A stretch of DNA of 64,000 nucleotides from assembly GCA_951406725.2 (NCBI GenBank), contig OX597822.1, forward strand, positions 83,142,001 to 83,206,000. The letters run 5' to 3'. Both the position numbers and the translations under genes were made by a program. The stretch comes from Octopus vulgaris (taxonomy: Eukaryota). The notes beneath the pieces were generated by a model, which was given only the letters and a program-made list of their open reading frames with translations, ran no database searches and was not told the origin of the DNA. Of the stretch, positions 28,004-42,177 are shown one piece after another (the first letter of the stretch is position 1; the number at the start of each line of letters is the position of its first letter).

Positions 28004-28555
28004 GCCTTTGCACAGTTTCCAACGCTGGAGATGTACTACAGTGTCAGCTGTTCACTACCAGTGAACTAAGGTAACACCTCTTATTTTTCGAGCACCTTCC
28101 GGAGTATTCGAGCGGTTCCAAGCAGTGCTGTTTTTTTTGCAAGTGCTCCACCCTAATTGCAGCCCCTATTTCTTCCAAGTACTTCTCGAGATTTTTGCTC
28201 ACTGTTCCCAGGGTTTCGACAATTATTATTTTTCATCTACCACAACTGCTTAACCTCCCAAGCTAACCTGTCATATCTCTCGACTTTTCTTTCTTCTTTA
28301 TCGCATGCCTTAATGTCAGCTGAGCATGCTATATCTATGATCTAGTATAGTTTGTTTTCTTTCTCAATTAAGACTATGTCCGGCTTCCTGTTCTCTATCT
28401 CATGGGTGCACTGAATCATAAAATCCCATAGAATCTGCATTTTTCTTTTCGACGATACCTTCAGGTTTGTGGTCGTATAAATTTTTTGCTCTGTTAAGTC
28501 AATACTTCTTGAAAAGTGTCCAATGGACAAGCCTGGCTATATTGTCGTGGCGTCT
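28004..28555 (-). mobile_element. 5'-truncated R4/Dong-like LINE (RLE domain + 3'UTR)
   Basis: QILWDFMIQCTHEIENRKPDIVLIEKENKLY*IIDIAC: PD-(D/E)xK restriction-like endonuclease, with stops and frameshifts. Diverged from the adjacent element. Confidence 0.8.
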
Positions 28556-28556
28556 C

Positions 28557-28604
<48 letters not shown>

Positions 28605-28614
28605 GATTATTATG

Positions 28615-28649
<35 letters not shown>

Positions 28650-28657
28650 CATCATCA

Positions 28658-28737
<80 letters not shown>

Positions 28738-28740
<3 letters not shown>

Positions 28741-31700
28741 TAGTTTTATTTTTTATAGCGTGCTTTCACTTCACTACCGAGCGCAGCTCTGTGTGCCTTG
28801 GGTATGTGCTGTGATTTGTTGTGATGCTCTGATGGTTATTGTATGGAAAGTGTTCTGCGTAGGATGTGTGCAGTGCCTAGTAGTGCAATTTTCTGTATGT
28901 TATATGTGTTTGTAAGTCCTGGTGGTTTTGATATGTATTTGTCTGAATATTTTCTTATCATGCCTAATGCACCTACTATGATAGGAATTGTTTCAGTTTT
29001 TAGATTCCACATTCTGGTTACCTCCGTATCCAGGTCTTTGTATTTTGAAAGTTTCTCCATTTCTTTTAGAGACACGTTATCATCTGCCGGTATTGATACA
29101 TCAATTAGAAAGCATTTTTTTTCTTCATGATCTCTGACAACTATATCTGGTCTGTTGGCCTTAATTTCTCTATCTGTGTGTATCGGCATATCCCAGAGTA
29201 TGGTTGCTTTCTCGTTTTCTGTGACCTTTTCTGGTGTGTGCCTATACCATCTTTTTTCCGTTGTTATTTCATAATGTTGGCATAGCTTCCAGTGTATGTA
29301 GGTTCCAACTCTGTCATGTCTGTGAATATATTCCTTCTTAGCCAGGACTGGGCAGCCAGAGAAAATATGATTTATTGTTTCTTGTCCATCTCCACATATT
29401 CTGCAGTTACTTGTTATATTTCTTTTCATTACATGTTTTTGGTAATTTCTGGTGGGGAGGCTTTGGTCTTGCGCTGCAATTAAAAATCCTTCTGTCTCTG
29501 CTTTGAGTCCTGAGTTCTCAACCATTGCTGGGATTTTTCTTTGTCTATTTATTTTGCATTTAGTTTAGTCCAGGATTTACCGTGAAGGGGTTTTTCTTGC
29601 CATCGTTTTATCATTGTTCTTTGCTGTTCTAGTTTTAGTTTGGATTTCATTTGTTTTATAGCTTTTGTTGTTTCTTCTTCTTCTTCTTCTTCTTCTTCTT
29701 CTTCTTCTTCTTCTTCTTCTTCTTCTTCTTCTTCTTCTTCTTCTTCTTCTTCTTCTTCTTCTTCTTCTTTATATTTGTTAGGTGGTATGATTTCTTGTTT
29801 GTATTTGTCAGCTTCCTTAAATACTGAGAACAGTTTTTTGTTTTGCTCGTGTTTTGCCGCTATTTGTATCAGTTTTCCTTCCTTCTGAAGTAGATATGGT
29901 GGTTATTTTATAGTAGTTTTCCAGCTGTATAAGGCCTCTACCACCTTATATACGTTGTATATATAGTCTTTCTATGTCAGATTTTGGGTGATGCATCCTA
30001 GACCCTGTCATTATTTTTCTTGTTTTCCTATCCCTTTTGTTTTCCTATCCTTTTGGTCAGTTCATTTAGTGTCCAGTTAAGGATATTGTAGCTGTAACTT
30101 ATAACTGGGACAGCTAAAGTGTTAATACCTATTATCTTGTTTTTAGCATTGAGCTCTGTTTTTAGTATTGATCTAACTCGTCTATAATATTCTTTTTTTT
30201 TATTTTCTCTTTCATTTGTGTGTGTTGTGTCTTATCTAGTTCATGGATTCCTAAGTATTTGTAAGTTTGGCTTTGGTCTAATTCTTCTATTTCATTGGTT
30301 TTATCTAGTGTGATGTTGCTACTCTTAACTAGTTTTCCTCTTTTCATGGTTACTTTGGCGCATTTTTCTAATCCAAATTTCATATCTATTTCTTTGGTAA
30401 ATCCATGAACTGTCTTTAATAGTGTTTCCAGCTGTTTGTCATTTGCAGCGTATAGTTTTAGGTCATCCATATATAAAAGGTGGCTGATCGTTTTGCCGTA
30501 ACATTTATATCCGCATCCAGTTATATTTAGCATATCAGATAGAGGTGACAGTGCCAAGCAGAAAAGGAGTGGAGAGAGCGTGTCTCCCTGGAATATTCCT
30601 CTTCTAATGGGGATGGCTTTGGTTTTCATGAGTCCCTTTTTTGTTTGGAGCTGTAGCACTGTTTGCCATTTATTCATAGAGTGCCCAATGGATTTTATAA
30701 TTGTTGGTGCTACTTTGTTAATGGCTAGTGCTTCGAGGATCCATGTGTGGGGGATGCTATCAAACGCCTTTTTGTAGTCGATCCAGGCCATACTGAGGCC
30801 TTTCTTTTTTCTGTGGCTGTCTTCAGTTATGGCTTTATTGATCATTAGTTGATCTTTACAGCCGTATGAGCCTTTGCGGCATCCTTTCTGCTCTTCTGGA
30901 AACAGGCTGTTTTCGTCTAGGTGCTTGTTCAACCTTTGTGATATCACTGCAGTAAATGCCTTGTACATCGTAGGGAGACAGGTTATTGGTCTGTAGTTTT
31001 CTGGTTTTGCTGTCTCATTTGATTTGGGAATTAAGATGGTTTTCCCCTTCGTGAGCCATTCAGGCATTGTCTCTGGCTCTGCTAGTATGTTGTTAAAATT
31101 TTCAGCCAGCTTTTTGTGCATTCCTATTAGATATTTCAACCAGAAGTTGGGGATCTTGTCATGTCCAGGTGCCTTCCAGTTGCTTAGTCTTTGCAGTGCC
31201 TGGGTGACCTCTTCAGTTGTTATGGGGGTCCAAAGTTGCTCAGATGCTGAGTTTGTTATTTTAATACTCCTTTTTTTGGTTGTTCGTTCGCCGACCATAT
31301 TTCTCTCCAGAATTCTTCCACTTCTTCTGCCGTTGGTGCTGCAGTGATTTCTATTTTATTTTTGCCAAGTTCTTGGTAGAACTTTTTGGGGTTGGAGTTG
31401 AACTTTTTGTCTTGTTCAAAGAAGCGCTGGCATTTCTCGTACCGGTGGATCCTTTGTGCTTTGGCAAGGATATCTTGCTTTAGCTTTTCTTTTATCTCAG
31501 GTAAATCTTTTTGTGTGATGTTGTATTTGCGGAGTATTTTTGTTTTATTTTTGTTGCTCAGTAGCGTTGATTGTCTACTGATTTCATTAAGAATCAACAG
31601 ATCTTTTCTTATTTTTTGTATTTTGTTTTGGATGTTATTTATCCACAGGGTTTGTTTGGGTGGTGGTACTCCTGTTTGGACGGGTTTGAGTGAGTATCCA

Positions 31701-32692
31701 GCTTCTTTTGTGGCTGCAGTGGCTGCTGCGTATACTAAGTTATTTAGCTCAGTGATATCGCTTTTTGTTTCAGTGGCTATTAGTTCCGTGACGGCTAGGT
31801 TAATGCTGTTTATAATTGGTGTTGTTGTTTCGTCTATTTTGATTTTTGGGAGGTATGGTCGGTGGTCCATTTTGAGCTCTGTGGTTTTCAGTTCTTTGAT
31901 TATTCTACTTTTTACATTATCATAATCATTAGGCTCCCCTTCATTGTTTCCAGGTTTTAGAATTGTGTCGTTTTCTTTCTTATTTCTATGTTTGTTTGTC
32001 TTGTTGGGAGTGTTACATTTGTCTTCGTGTTTTACTGTTTCAGTGTTTATATTATTGGGCATTGTTGTCTGGCTTCTATCTACATTTTCCTGATGTATTT
32101 TTTCTTTTAGATGTTCTATTTCTATTTCTGATATTTTTTTTGCGTTGAGAATATATCTCCGTATATTTGCTAGTTTGTTAGGGTTCATTGCTGTATCCAA
32201 GTCTATATTTATGTTGTTTTCCTTCCATATTTTATATGTATGTGTTGTTGTGTTTTCATTCTTTGGGTAGAGCACTGCTGTAAAATAAGCATGTTGGATA
32301 GAAATGTATTCCTCACGTGTCCATTTATGTCTTTTGGGTTTTATTTGCGGGACATGAGGAACAACGTCCGGCCCATTATTTTGACGGCCGTCATTTTCGT
32401 AGGGTACCGGTCTATTCATTTCTGTTGTCACATTGTTTTGCACGTGTAGTTTTTCGTACATTTTATGTTGTAAGTTTAATGTACGTACTTCCCGATTGCT
32501 ATTCTTGGGTTGAATAATATCGGTGTTATTTAATTTCTTCGTAGTTTTTTTGTACATGGTGTTTGGGGTCGGAGATGATCTGGTGTTGATGGGTCGTAAT
32601 GTCTCGCGCATGTTTACATGTGTTGTGTTCGAGGTGGAGATGATATCGAGTTAAAATACATCATTTCGTTTCGAAAATAGTAATAAATTTCA
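28738..32692 (-). mobile_element. Near full-length R4/Dong-like non-LTR retrotransposon (RT + RLE), frameshifted, flanked by (TAA)n
   Basis: RT motifs APGHDKIPNFWLK, YRPITCL, WIDYKKAFDSIPH, GIFQGDTLSPLLF, YMDD, YKYLG (30162..31298). CCHC CRICGDGQETINHIFSGC, RHD, PDIVV, IDVSIP, KYKDL (28836..29525). N-terminal ORF 31256..32611. (TAT)n at 28557-28737 and 32693-32763. Confidence 0.92.
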
Positions 32693-32768
<76 letters not shown>

Positions 32769-32791
32769 TCACTGCCTGGAATCGAACTACA

Positions 32792-32861
32792 GGCATATGG
32801 CGTAGTGGTTAAGAGCGCGAGCTACTAACCCCAAGATTCCGAGTTCGATTCCAGGCAGTGA

Positions 32862-32863
<2 letters not shown>
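32792..32863 (+). promoter_or_regulatory. tRNA-like head with Pol III A and B boxes
   Basis: TGGCGTAGTGG (32798-32808) and GAGTTCGATTC (32841-32851) at tRNA-like spacing; no good acceptor stem. Confidence 0.7.
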
Positions 32864-32923
<60 letters not shown>

Positions 32924-32970
32924 TCGAAAAATACCTTAGGAATGAGAACTCAGGTTCGAAATTTCCCCAA

Positions 32971-33016
32971 GGCACCTGATGAAGGCTGGAGGGTATATCA
33001 GCCGAAAGGTTGTGTT
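32971..33016 (+). ncRNA. Minimal hammerhead ribozyme motif (inverted copy at 27799-27844)
   Basis: GGCAC-CUGAUGA-A-GGCUG(GAGGGUAUAU)CAGCC-GAAA-GG-UU-GUGUU. The other arm reads GAAA-CC-UU, suggesting an ancestral GAAACGUU palindrome. Confidence 0.7.
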
Positions 33017-33439
33017 AACAACAAACAAGATGATGACAAATATCCGTCAAATGTAAATAATGTAAATAATATAGGAATTAGTACTAAATAATATGGGTTT
33101 GTGAATGACGGAAGTTCATGAGCTTGGATCAGCTCTTATTCCATGGAGCAAACTATAGCCTGACTTTTTCTTAGGAATCTTTAATCTCTGAGGAAAAAGA
33201 ACCTTCATTTGAAGGATGGATTGTGCATACGTGAAGGGTTTAAGTGTTTCGTTAAAAAGGCGGTATAGTTTACATGGTCTTGTAATTAAAGATCAAAGAA
33301 GATAGAGGATAAAGGCCAGTGTGTGTGTATGTGTGGATGTGTGAGGTAATTGTGAATGTAATTGGATGGATGTGTAATTACAGCTTAATGGGCGTAAATG
33401 ACGTTAGCCGGTGTGTGTATGTGTGGTATGGAAACAGTG

Positions 33440-33690
33440 TGGAGGCGCGTGGCTTCGTGGTTAGGGTATTGGACTTATGACCGTAGGATTGCGCTTTCGA
33501 TTCCTGGACCGAGCGATACAGTGTGTTCTTGAGCAAAACACTTTATTTCACCTTGCCCCAGTCCATTCGGCTGGCAGAAATGAGTTACCCTGCAATGGAA
33601 TGGCGTCTCATCCAGGGGTTAAATATATGCCCACAGAAACCAGAGAAACCGACCCTTATGACTTGATACGACTAAGGAAGGATCTTTATC
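33440..33690 (+). mobile_element. tRNA-derived SINE (family C)
   Basis: Head GGCGCGTGGCTTCGTGGTTAGGG...TTCGATTCC, then TGTGTTCTTGAGCAAAACACTTTATTTCAC. Confidence 0.7.
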
Positions 33691-34995
33691 CTAACTATAT
33701 AGGAACAGTCGTCTATACAATACGAAGTGCTTTGTTGTGCTAATCAGAGGTTAATGGATACAGGTGACAAAGTTTTGGATGTAGGGAATATGAATTCCGA
33801 CGTAATATCAACTGTATGGTGCCATATATCTTTCTAGGGATGAACTGAGTTGCTTCATTATTTCCCACAATACTTTTTACGTTGCCTTTCGATTCATTCC
33901 CGCTGTATCAGAGACATTTTCAGCTGTCTTGATATCTCTGTCACCATCAGCATCATTCACCTGTCCATATTTATATAAAGCTTCTCGTCATTGTCTCGCC
34001 TAATCTTCCCGTCACCCTTACACTAAACGCTGTATCCATTTCTGCTGATATTTCTGTCCCTTATTTCTTCTAATACTATCTCCATTAGCGGTACAGGAAA
34101 GACTCCGATATATATGTATTTGTGTGTCTGTGTTTGTCATCCTACCATTGCTTTATTTTCAATGTAGGTGTGCTTATGTCACCGTAACCTAGCGGTTCGG
34201 CAAAAGACACCGATAGAATAAGCACTTGGCTTACAAAGATTTGCTCGACTAAAAGGCGGTGCTCCAGCATGACTGCAGTCAAATAACTTGAAACAAAAGA
34301 GCAAAAGAATAAAAGAAGAAGGCGCTTCGTAGATGCATGATATATATATTTTTATTAAATCACAATTGAACACATTTTTGAATGTACATCAGTGGAGGGA
34401 AGGAAATTCATAAACAACAATATTTTGATACAAGAAGTTGAAAACAACAGTGTGAGAAAAATGTTATAAAAAATAATGTTGAAAATTAGGTTTGATGATA
34501 TGGAAGTTTACACCAGGGCAAGATGAGAATATATAACCGGGGAAATCTCAGAGAAAGACTTCTTATGCGATAATGTACGTCAAATAGTTACGATGTATAC
34601 CTTCATATTGTGTGATGTGCAGATGAGGGAAATATATACAGGAATCCTGTGCACAAATACACACGCAAGCATCCACACACCCGCACATGTGTATAATGTA
34701 TACATATGCACACACACACACACACACACACGCGTAAATGATTATGTGTTGTTAGTTGTAGGAAATCATATGTGTGTGCGCGAGTGTGTATGTGTGTGCG
34801 TGTGTGTGTATGTGTGTGTGTATGCGTGTGTGTATGTACACGTTGGTCATGGCGTGCACATGACTCGAACGCAGCCTTGTATTTTCTCCTGCCTTCGTGT
34901 CTGTTGCTACTGAGAGCAATCTGATAGAATATGGAGACATGTGCTTCCGGATTTGCCAACCCTATCAACGGTTTTGATGTTTTCTTCTGAACGCA

Positions 34996-35051
<56 letters not shown>

Positions 35052-35095
35052 TATGTATGAATATATATTCATATTTATATATACTGCATATATGA

Positions 35096-35166
<71 letters not shown>

Positions 35167-35240
35167 AATATATATATATATTATGTATATATATTCATAT
35201 TTATATATACTGCATATATGTGTATATATATATACAAATA

Positions 35241-35318
<78 letters not shown>

Positions 35319-35374
35319 AAATATCAGTGCATAAATAAACAGTTTAGATTTACTTCATTGCAACTCGAAGTTTC

Positions 35375-35785
35375 GGGTTCAGTCTCAATGCGTGGCACCT
35401 TGTACAGGTGTCTTCTACAATAGCACCGACCAATGCCTTGCCGGTGCATTACGTAGACTCTAGGTTGTGTGGAAGCTCGTCGTACACATACACATACACA
35501 CAAACATGTGAACATACACACACACACACATATATATGTGTGTGTATGTGTCTATGTCTAAGTCCGTATTTGTGTGAGTCTGTATTTATCTCCTCCGCCG
35601 CCACTGATTGCAACAGGTGTCGGTTTGTTTAAATCATTGAGCAAAAAATATGAAAAAAAAAAACACGAATGTAATGAGTACCAGTCTCAAAAAAGAAAAT
35701 CCTGATGTCAATTTCTTCGACTAAACCCTTTATGGCAGTGCCCCAGCATGGCCGCAGATCAATGACTGAAAGTAGTAAAAGGGTA
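35375..35785 (+). mobile_element. SINE family B, decayed
   Basis: GGCACCTTGTACAGGTGTCTTCTAC core and GCCCCAGCATGGCCGCAG tail. Other pieces at ~13465-13605, 19850-19935, 34100-34315, 45140-45385 and 54675-54870. Confidence 0.7.
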
Positions 35786-36234
35786 TAATTCAGACAGCCT
35801 CGTGACAGACTCATATAGAAAAAGTTCAATCAGTTCTTTCGTGTACACACACATACAAACGCGTACACACGTTAGGTATGCATGCATGTATATATGTAAG
35901 TACGTATGTATGTATGCATGTATGCACGCACGTATGCATGCATTATGTATGTATGTATGCATGTATGCATGTAATATGCATGCCTGCATGTATGTACGTT
36001 TGTATGCATGTATGTATGTATACATGCATATATGAATGTATGTAATTACGTATGGATGTATGTATATACGTACATATGTATGTATGCATGCATGCACGTA
36101 TATACGTATGTATCCATGTATGTATGCATGCATGCATGAATGTATGCCTTTATGTATTCATGCATTTATGTATGTATGCATGCATGTATTTATGTATGTA
36201 CGTATGTATGCATATAAGTATGTATGTATGAATG

Positions 36235-36283
<49 letters not shown>

Positions 36284-36628
36284 GAACGTACATATGTATT
36301 TATGTATGAGTGTGCATGTGTGTGAAGGAGAGAGGCTGGAGATAACACATATAAACATAGCAACAACGCGCGAATTGTTTACTTTCCTACCGGGAGGGGT
36401 TAATCGATTAAACTAGAGTGTAACCAAATTTGGGTCAGAGAGGTCATGACCATTGGGACAGAAATATTATCGGCACAGAACTGCAACTATGTGCAAAGTT
36501 AAATCTAATCAGCCTTAATCTTATTTACAGGCCAGTAATTCCCTTAAACAAGTCATTGTATGAATTCACGATGTACGTTTGTGGAATCCTGGCCACCGAC
36601 ATATTTGTATCAAATCAGATAGACAAAG

Positions 36629-36727
<99 letters not shown>

Positions 36728-36963
36728 TGCATCAATGTACGTATGTTTTTATGTTTAGACAGGCACACACATATACAACATAAATAGGTTACTGTGCACT
36801 TGACACAAATATCTATTTACTTTTCACTTTTTCTCCGTCTCAGCATATGAAAGTATGTGTCTGTCTGTCTGTCAGTATCTAAATATATTTTTTCCGTTCA
36901 ACCTACTGCACAACTGTCTATTTGCACACATTGACCATTTGCACACACATATATAATAAAAAT

Positions 36964-37005
<42 letters not shown>

Positions 37006-37038
37006 CACACGTATATAATACATATATACATATATATA

Positions 37039-37085
<47 letters not shown>

Positions 37086-37095
37086 TATATATATT

Positions 37096-37147
<52 letters not shown>

Positions 37148-37288
37148 CAGATCGACATTACCTGTACAGGTGCAACTGGGTGCCACATTCCATATGATGA
37201 AATGATCGCAGGGCAATGTGAAATGAAGTGCTTTGCTCAAGAGCATAACTACAATGCCCGGTCCGGGAATTGAACCTACGTCCTTGCA

Positions 37289-38400
37289 ATCAAGTCAAAA
37301 TTTTCTGAAGTAAACGGAGCACTGTTGAATGATAATTAGGTTGTAGGGTAGATTATGATGAATAAGGGTTATGGAAAATTTTTGCTTGTTTTATTATTGT
37401 TTGTATGTTTATTCTTATTTTTTAACATAATTTTATTCTATTCAGACATTTTAGAATACCCTAAATCCATAGATCAAAAATAATATATATAATAGCATAA
37501 AATACCCCCGCTTGCAACCGAATAATTGAATGTTTATAAGAAGTTGCTCACAAATTTCACATCCCTAAAGCACAAAAGTTAAAATTTCTAAATAGTAACC
37601 AAATAACTTCTAGAATAAGAAATTCCTAGAGAGAGAAATATACTGACCAACAACCTTTACATCCACCTACATCCTTTTGTGAACATTTAGATATAATACA
37701 AATTTCTATACTAACAACACCATAGTATGCTTGATTGATAACCTCCACCTCTCCAATACGTATAGGTAAAATAACCTAAATAATACCAACAATAAGTAAA
37801 CAAGCTGGTTGACGAACAAACACTTACAACCTACTTACATTATTTTATCAAAAGCTGCAAAGGTTACCACACTTAAATAAACAAAGGTTTAAATGTTGGA
37901 CTAAATCCTGAATATTAACCTTTCCATTCTCAAAACAAATAGTTAAATGTCCTATTAGCATCGAAGTAATACCAACAACTAGACCTTATGACACATATAC
38001 TGACTGATAAGCCAGTTAAACCTACATACATTCTTTTGTGAATCCCTAAAAAAACCTATGATCTGAAACTGACACACCTAAATAGACACACCTGATTACA
38101 AAGTTTTACATGTCTGAATAAATTCTGAACAATAACATTACCTCATATTTAATCAATAAACATTTTTCATAACACTTCGCCGTCACAATCCAACACAGAA
38201 CCTAATTATCATTCAATAGAGCTCAGTCTACTCCAGAAAAGTTTAACTTGACACAGACTATATAAAGTCAAGATGAATGTAAATGTAACACAGTCCGATG
38301 CTGGCTTAGCTGACTGAAACTTCGAAGTCACTGTCAATGCTATTCTTGTTAAAGAATAATACATTTTTACACTGCCAGACGTAGTGAATAGTCCTTCAGT
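37289..38400. mobile_element. Old fold-back element with HHR-like motif (38290-38334, +)
   Basis: Diverged inverted match 37289-37342 / 38199-38251. Motif ACAGU-CCGAUGC-...-GAAA-CUUCGAAG-UC-ACUGU (5-bp stem I, palindromic stem III). Confidence 0.55.
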
Positions 38401-38657
38401 TTAATGTAAACTTCTTTTTATTATCTGTGTCTGTGTGTTTGTGTGTGTAATTTTATTGAAGCTGATAAGCCTTCACAAACTGTTACTCAGATTTTGACGT
38501 CTCCCATCAGATGCTCATGAATATTACTCAAACTATCTGATGATGGCTTACGTGAAACTTTGAATCACATTTTTTATAGCCTTGTCACCTCCAGTGAAAT
38601 ATCATTTTACCTTCTATTTTTGGTATATGCTCACTGTGTGGATATATATATATATAT

Positions 38658-38838
38658 AGGGAGAGTTTACGAAAAAACAAAAGACGAAGACAGGTGGTGT
38701 ACAAAACAAACAGATGTATTAGTATAACGCTCAGGAAAAGAAAAAGTCTTTTACATTTCGAGCTTACGCTCTTCTACAGAAAGGGACACAGAAAAAACAA
38801 GGAGAGAAAAAATGTGTGTAGTGGCTAACGATCTATCA
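38658..38838 (-). mobile_element. ~180-bp (TA)n-inserted repeat with HHR-like variant (38748-38783)
   Basis: CUUU-CUGUAGA-A-GAGC(GUAA)GCUC-GAAA-UG-UA-AAAG; same family as 20037-20225. Confidence 0.7.
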
Positions 38839-39080
38839 TATATATATTTACGCAATGCACATATATGCATACATAATTACAGGAAAAACTTGACGTAAAC
38901 GGTTATGATCTTTTCATGTCTTTCTAAAGTTTTGAAACTTTTTTCAAAAACGTTGAAAGAGCCAAACATGTGTTGGTCCATTATAATTGTAAAGTTATCA
39001 TGGGTTTATTGTAAAGTGAAGTACACGATCATACCTGTACAAATACATAGCATATAAGTGCACACATATATGATATGATA

Positions 39081-39125
<45 letters not shown>

Positions 39126-41487
39126 GATGTGATTTGTGGAAACGCGCGTTACGATGATGCATTAAATGTTTATAAATTCCATTCAAGGATTATTGTTATT
39201 ATATATATATATATATCCTACATTATATCAGTACAGCTCGATGCCACCTCAAAAACTGGTTCACCAGTCAGCATCTTTAGAATTTAACCGGTCATAATAG
39301 AATAGGAGCTTTATTTGCTATTCAAAACCTTCCCCATAAACAAATTTAAAAGATATTTATATTATTGTGATGTTGTGGCGCTTCTTATTAATATTATTGC
39401 AATCCGAGTCTTCGTGTAATTCTGTTTCTCTGCTGCTTGCGTCGAAACAATGTAAGGTATATAATAAATTGAGACCTTGACTACTGGAACGAAAGGACCG
39501 GTGAGTATTCTATTTGGCTAACTGATTGTTTGAATGGTATGATAAATTGTATGATGGTCAGCAAAGGAAGTTATAATGAATATACTTTTGGGACCTAGAA
39601 ATCTTGTTCGAGTGTTCCAAAATTCGGAAGATTAATGTTCGGTTTTACTTTCTGGGGAAAAATGTTAGAAAACACTTTGTGATTTGATTGGGTAACAGCA
39701 CATCGCCAGTGAGCAAACGTGACCCATGGTTATACTAAGTATACACAGAAACATGATATATTTAACTATTTAGGACTAAGTGCGAAAATGTAAATAATTC
39801 AGTTTGTTAGCTTTTCAATACCATATGCAAAAAAGAAAGGAACGTGCAGAAGTGACACTTGTTAATAAAGTCTTAATGTTGATCAATGAATGAGGAACCT
39901 TAAAATAATGGTCCATCTTTTTAGAAAATAGCCCATCCCTTATATAAGAAATCAAATTTGATAGCGACTTTGTAGTTGAGGGTTCATGAATAAATAATAA
40001 TAGAAATGTGTGCTAGAAATTACCATTTCTGAACTATTGTGCGAAAAATTTCGATTACTTCTCAAAGAATGTTGTAATTCTCTTAGAGACAGAAGTAATA
40101 CGTTTGCGATTACTGGGTCTAAGGAAACACGTGCTCTATAATGAATGCATTCCTTCGTAAAATTGTTAACTAGTCTAATTTCTATTATTATCCTTCAGAT
40201 TCCAGATATATTTGAATGAAGGCATGTTTCTAAGCGTCTGAACAGACTCATATGTCATGAGAATGGTATTAAAATAACTTTCAGTGCGCCTATGATGTTA
40301 TTTATTCCACGTCCAGCTATAAGATAGGCTTTAACTCGATTAGTTAATGATTTAGAAGTGTTGGAAAGGCAGATAGTAGGCTTGTTATAATTTCATAGTT
40401 TTGCATATTCGCAACGGATGAATTTCTTCTCTGTATGCTGTCATGGAAGCATTATTTACAGCACAATTATGACTTATAGTTATTTCAGATATCAGTTGCC
40501 TCTCTAACACTGCTATATATAAAGTAAGAGGATCCTGGCAATATTAGAAAGAATATTTAAATTCTAAGGGGGATTATATAATATATTCTTTCTTTTCTTA
40601 CATTCTTTTGTGTTTAAGTATATATTTGTGTGAAAATATATATAATGTAAAAACTCAGATTTTTATAGATTAATATTTCTTCTACATAATTTTAGTTTTC
40701 AAATCGTTTGATGTATACTTTACCAGTTTTACTGATTTACTATAATTCACAAGATTGAAATAACCGAACAATGCAACACAAAATGGGAACTCAAAAGCTG
40801 CCTCGATGCTAGGTATCCACAATCCTACCGTGACCTGACATCAAAACTGATTGCTTGTGTTCGCTGTCTCATGTCTGGACGAGATCATTTTTGTTTGTAG
40901 TTTGTTCTTTGTCGTCGAGCGGTGGCTAAAGTACCTCAATGGTTCTGAAAGCGAGGTCAGATAAAAAGTATTTATGTTCTGAGTTCAAATCTCGATGGAA
41001 ACGACTTGTCACCTCGCCTCAAAATAGCCACTCTTCAACCCTGCAACGGACTGGCGTCCAACTCAGAGGAATGACTCTGGTTAGAATTAAACCAACGAAG
41101 AAGATTATGAAAAAGAAATTATATTTTTGCGATGCATTTAGTTGTTAATTAAGTTGTTGGATCAGCTCGAATTTAAAGATCACAATCGCCGGAGTTTTGC
41201 AATATTGGTTCCAAATTTTCGCACAGGGTCAGTAATTTCAAGAGGGGTGCTTAAATCGATTAGATTGATCTCAGTACCAGGCGAGTACATTATTTCATCG
41301 AAGCCAGAGGGATGACAAACAATGAAAACCTCAGTGAGATTCCAACTTAGAACATAAAGCCACAAAAACGCTGCTAAGCTTCTCGTACGACACTCTGACG
41401 ACTCTTCCAGCTCGCTTGCTTGTTAGTAATAGTAGACTCAAAATTAACATGAAGTACGTATACAATACACACGTACACACACACATT

Positions 41488-41547
<60 letters not shown>

Positions 41548-41664
41548 GAATTTGCAAAAAAATCAAAAAACGAAGACGGGTATGTAAACAACAAACTGAT
41601 GTATTATTTTAACGCTCGTGAAGTGAGAAAGTCTTTTATGTTTCGAGCCTTCACATACATGTGT

Positions 41665-41747
<83 letters not shown>

Positions 41748-42177
41748 ACACACTTATATATATACATATTACAAATTACAGATAATTTTACAATCCTGTT
41801 TGATAAAAAACTATCAATAGAATGCGATAATTAGGGCATGTGAGGGAATGGTTTAGAAAAAAGCGCAGTTGCTTTTATAGTACATAAACTTAGGAAAAAC
41901 GTAGTGTTAAAAGTATAGATTAAAAGTTAAGAGAAATTGATAGCAAATTGATATAAAAGAATAGATCTAACTTCAAAAGAAATCGTTATTGGAAAATATA
42001 TACTTATATTAGAATATTAAATAATGTATACACATATATTAAAACGAAACGAATAAATGAATGTGAAACACATAATAATGATAGTGAGGAAATGTTTTCG
42101 GATTATGAAGTGAAAGGATAAGATCATTGAATAAAACTGTCGCTGAATATTTACGAATATGAGATAGAGGAAGCTCT

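Larger units (their letters stand above)
27705..33069. mobile_element. Palindromic tRNA-head/(AAT)n/HHR element expanded by two nested LINEs
   Basis: Outer arms 27744-27890 / 32925-33069; inner arms 32763-32788 / 32842-32867. TSD TATGGGAATTAGT (27692-27704) / TATAGGAATTAGT (33070-33082). One-sided tail ~27706-27743. Confidence 0.8.

Noticed and set aside
32792-32863. Functional tRNA gene
   Set aside because: A/B boxes are present but there is no convincing acceptor stem, and it is embedded in a repeat arm.
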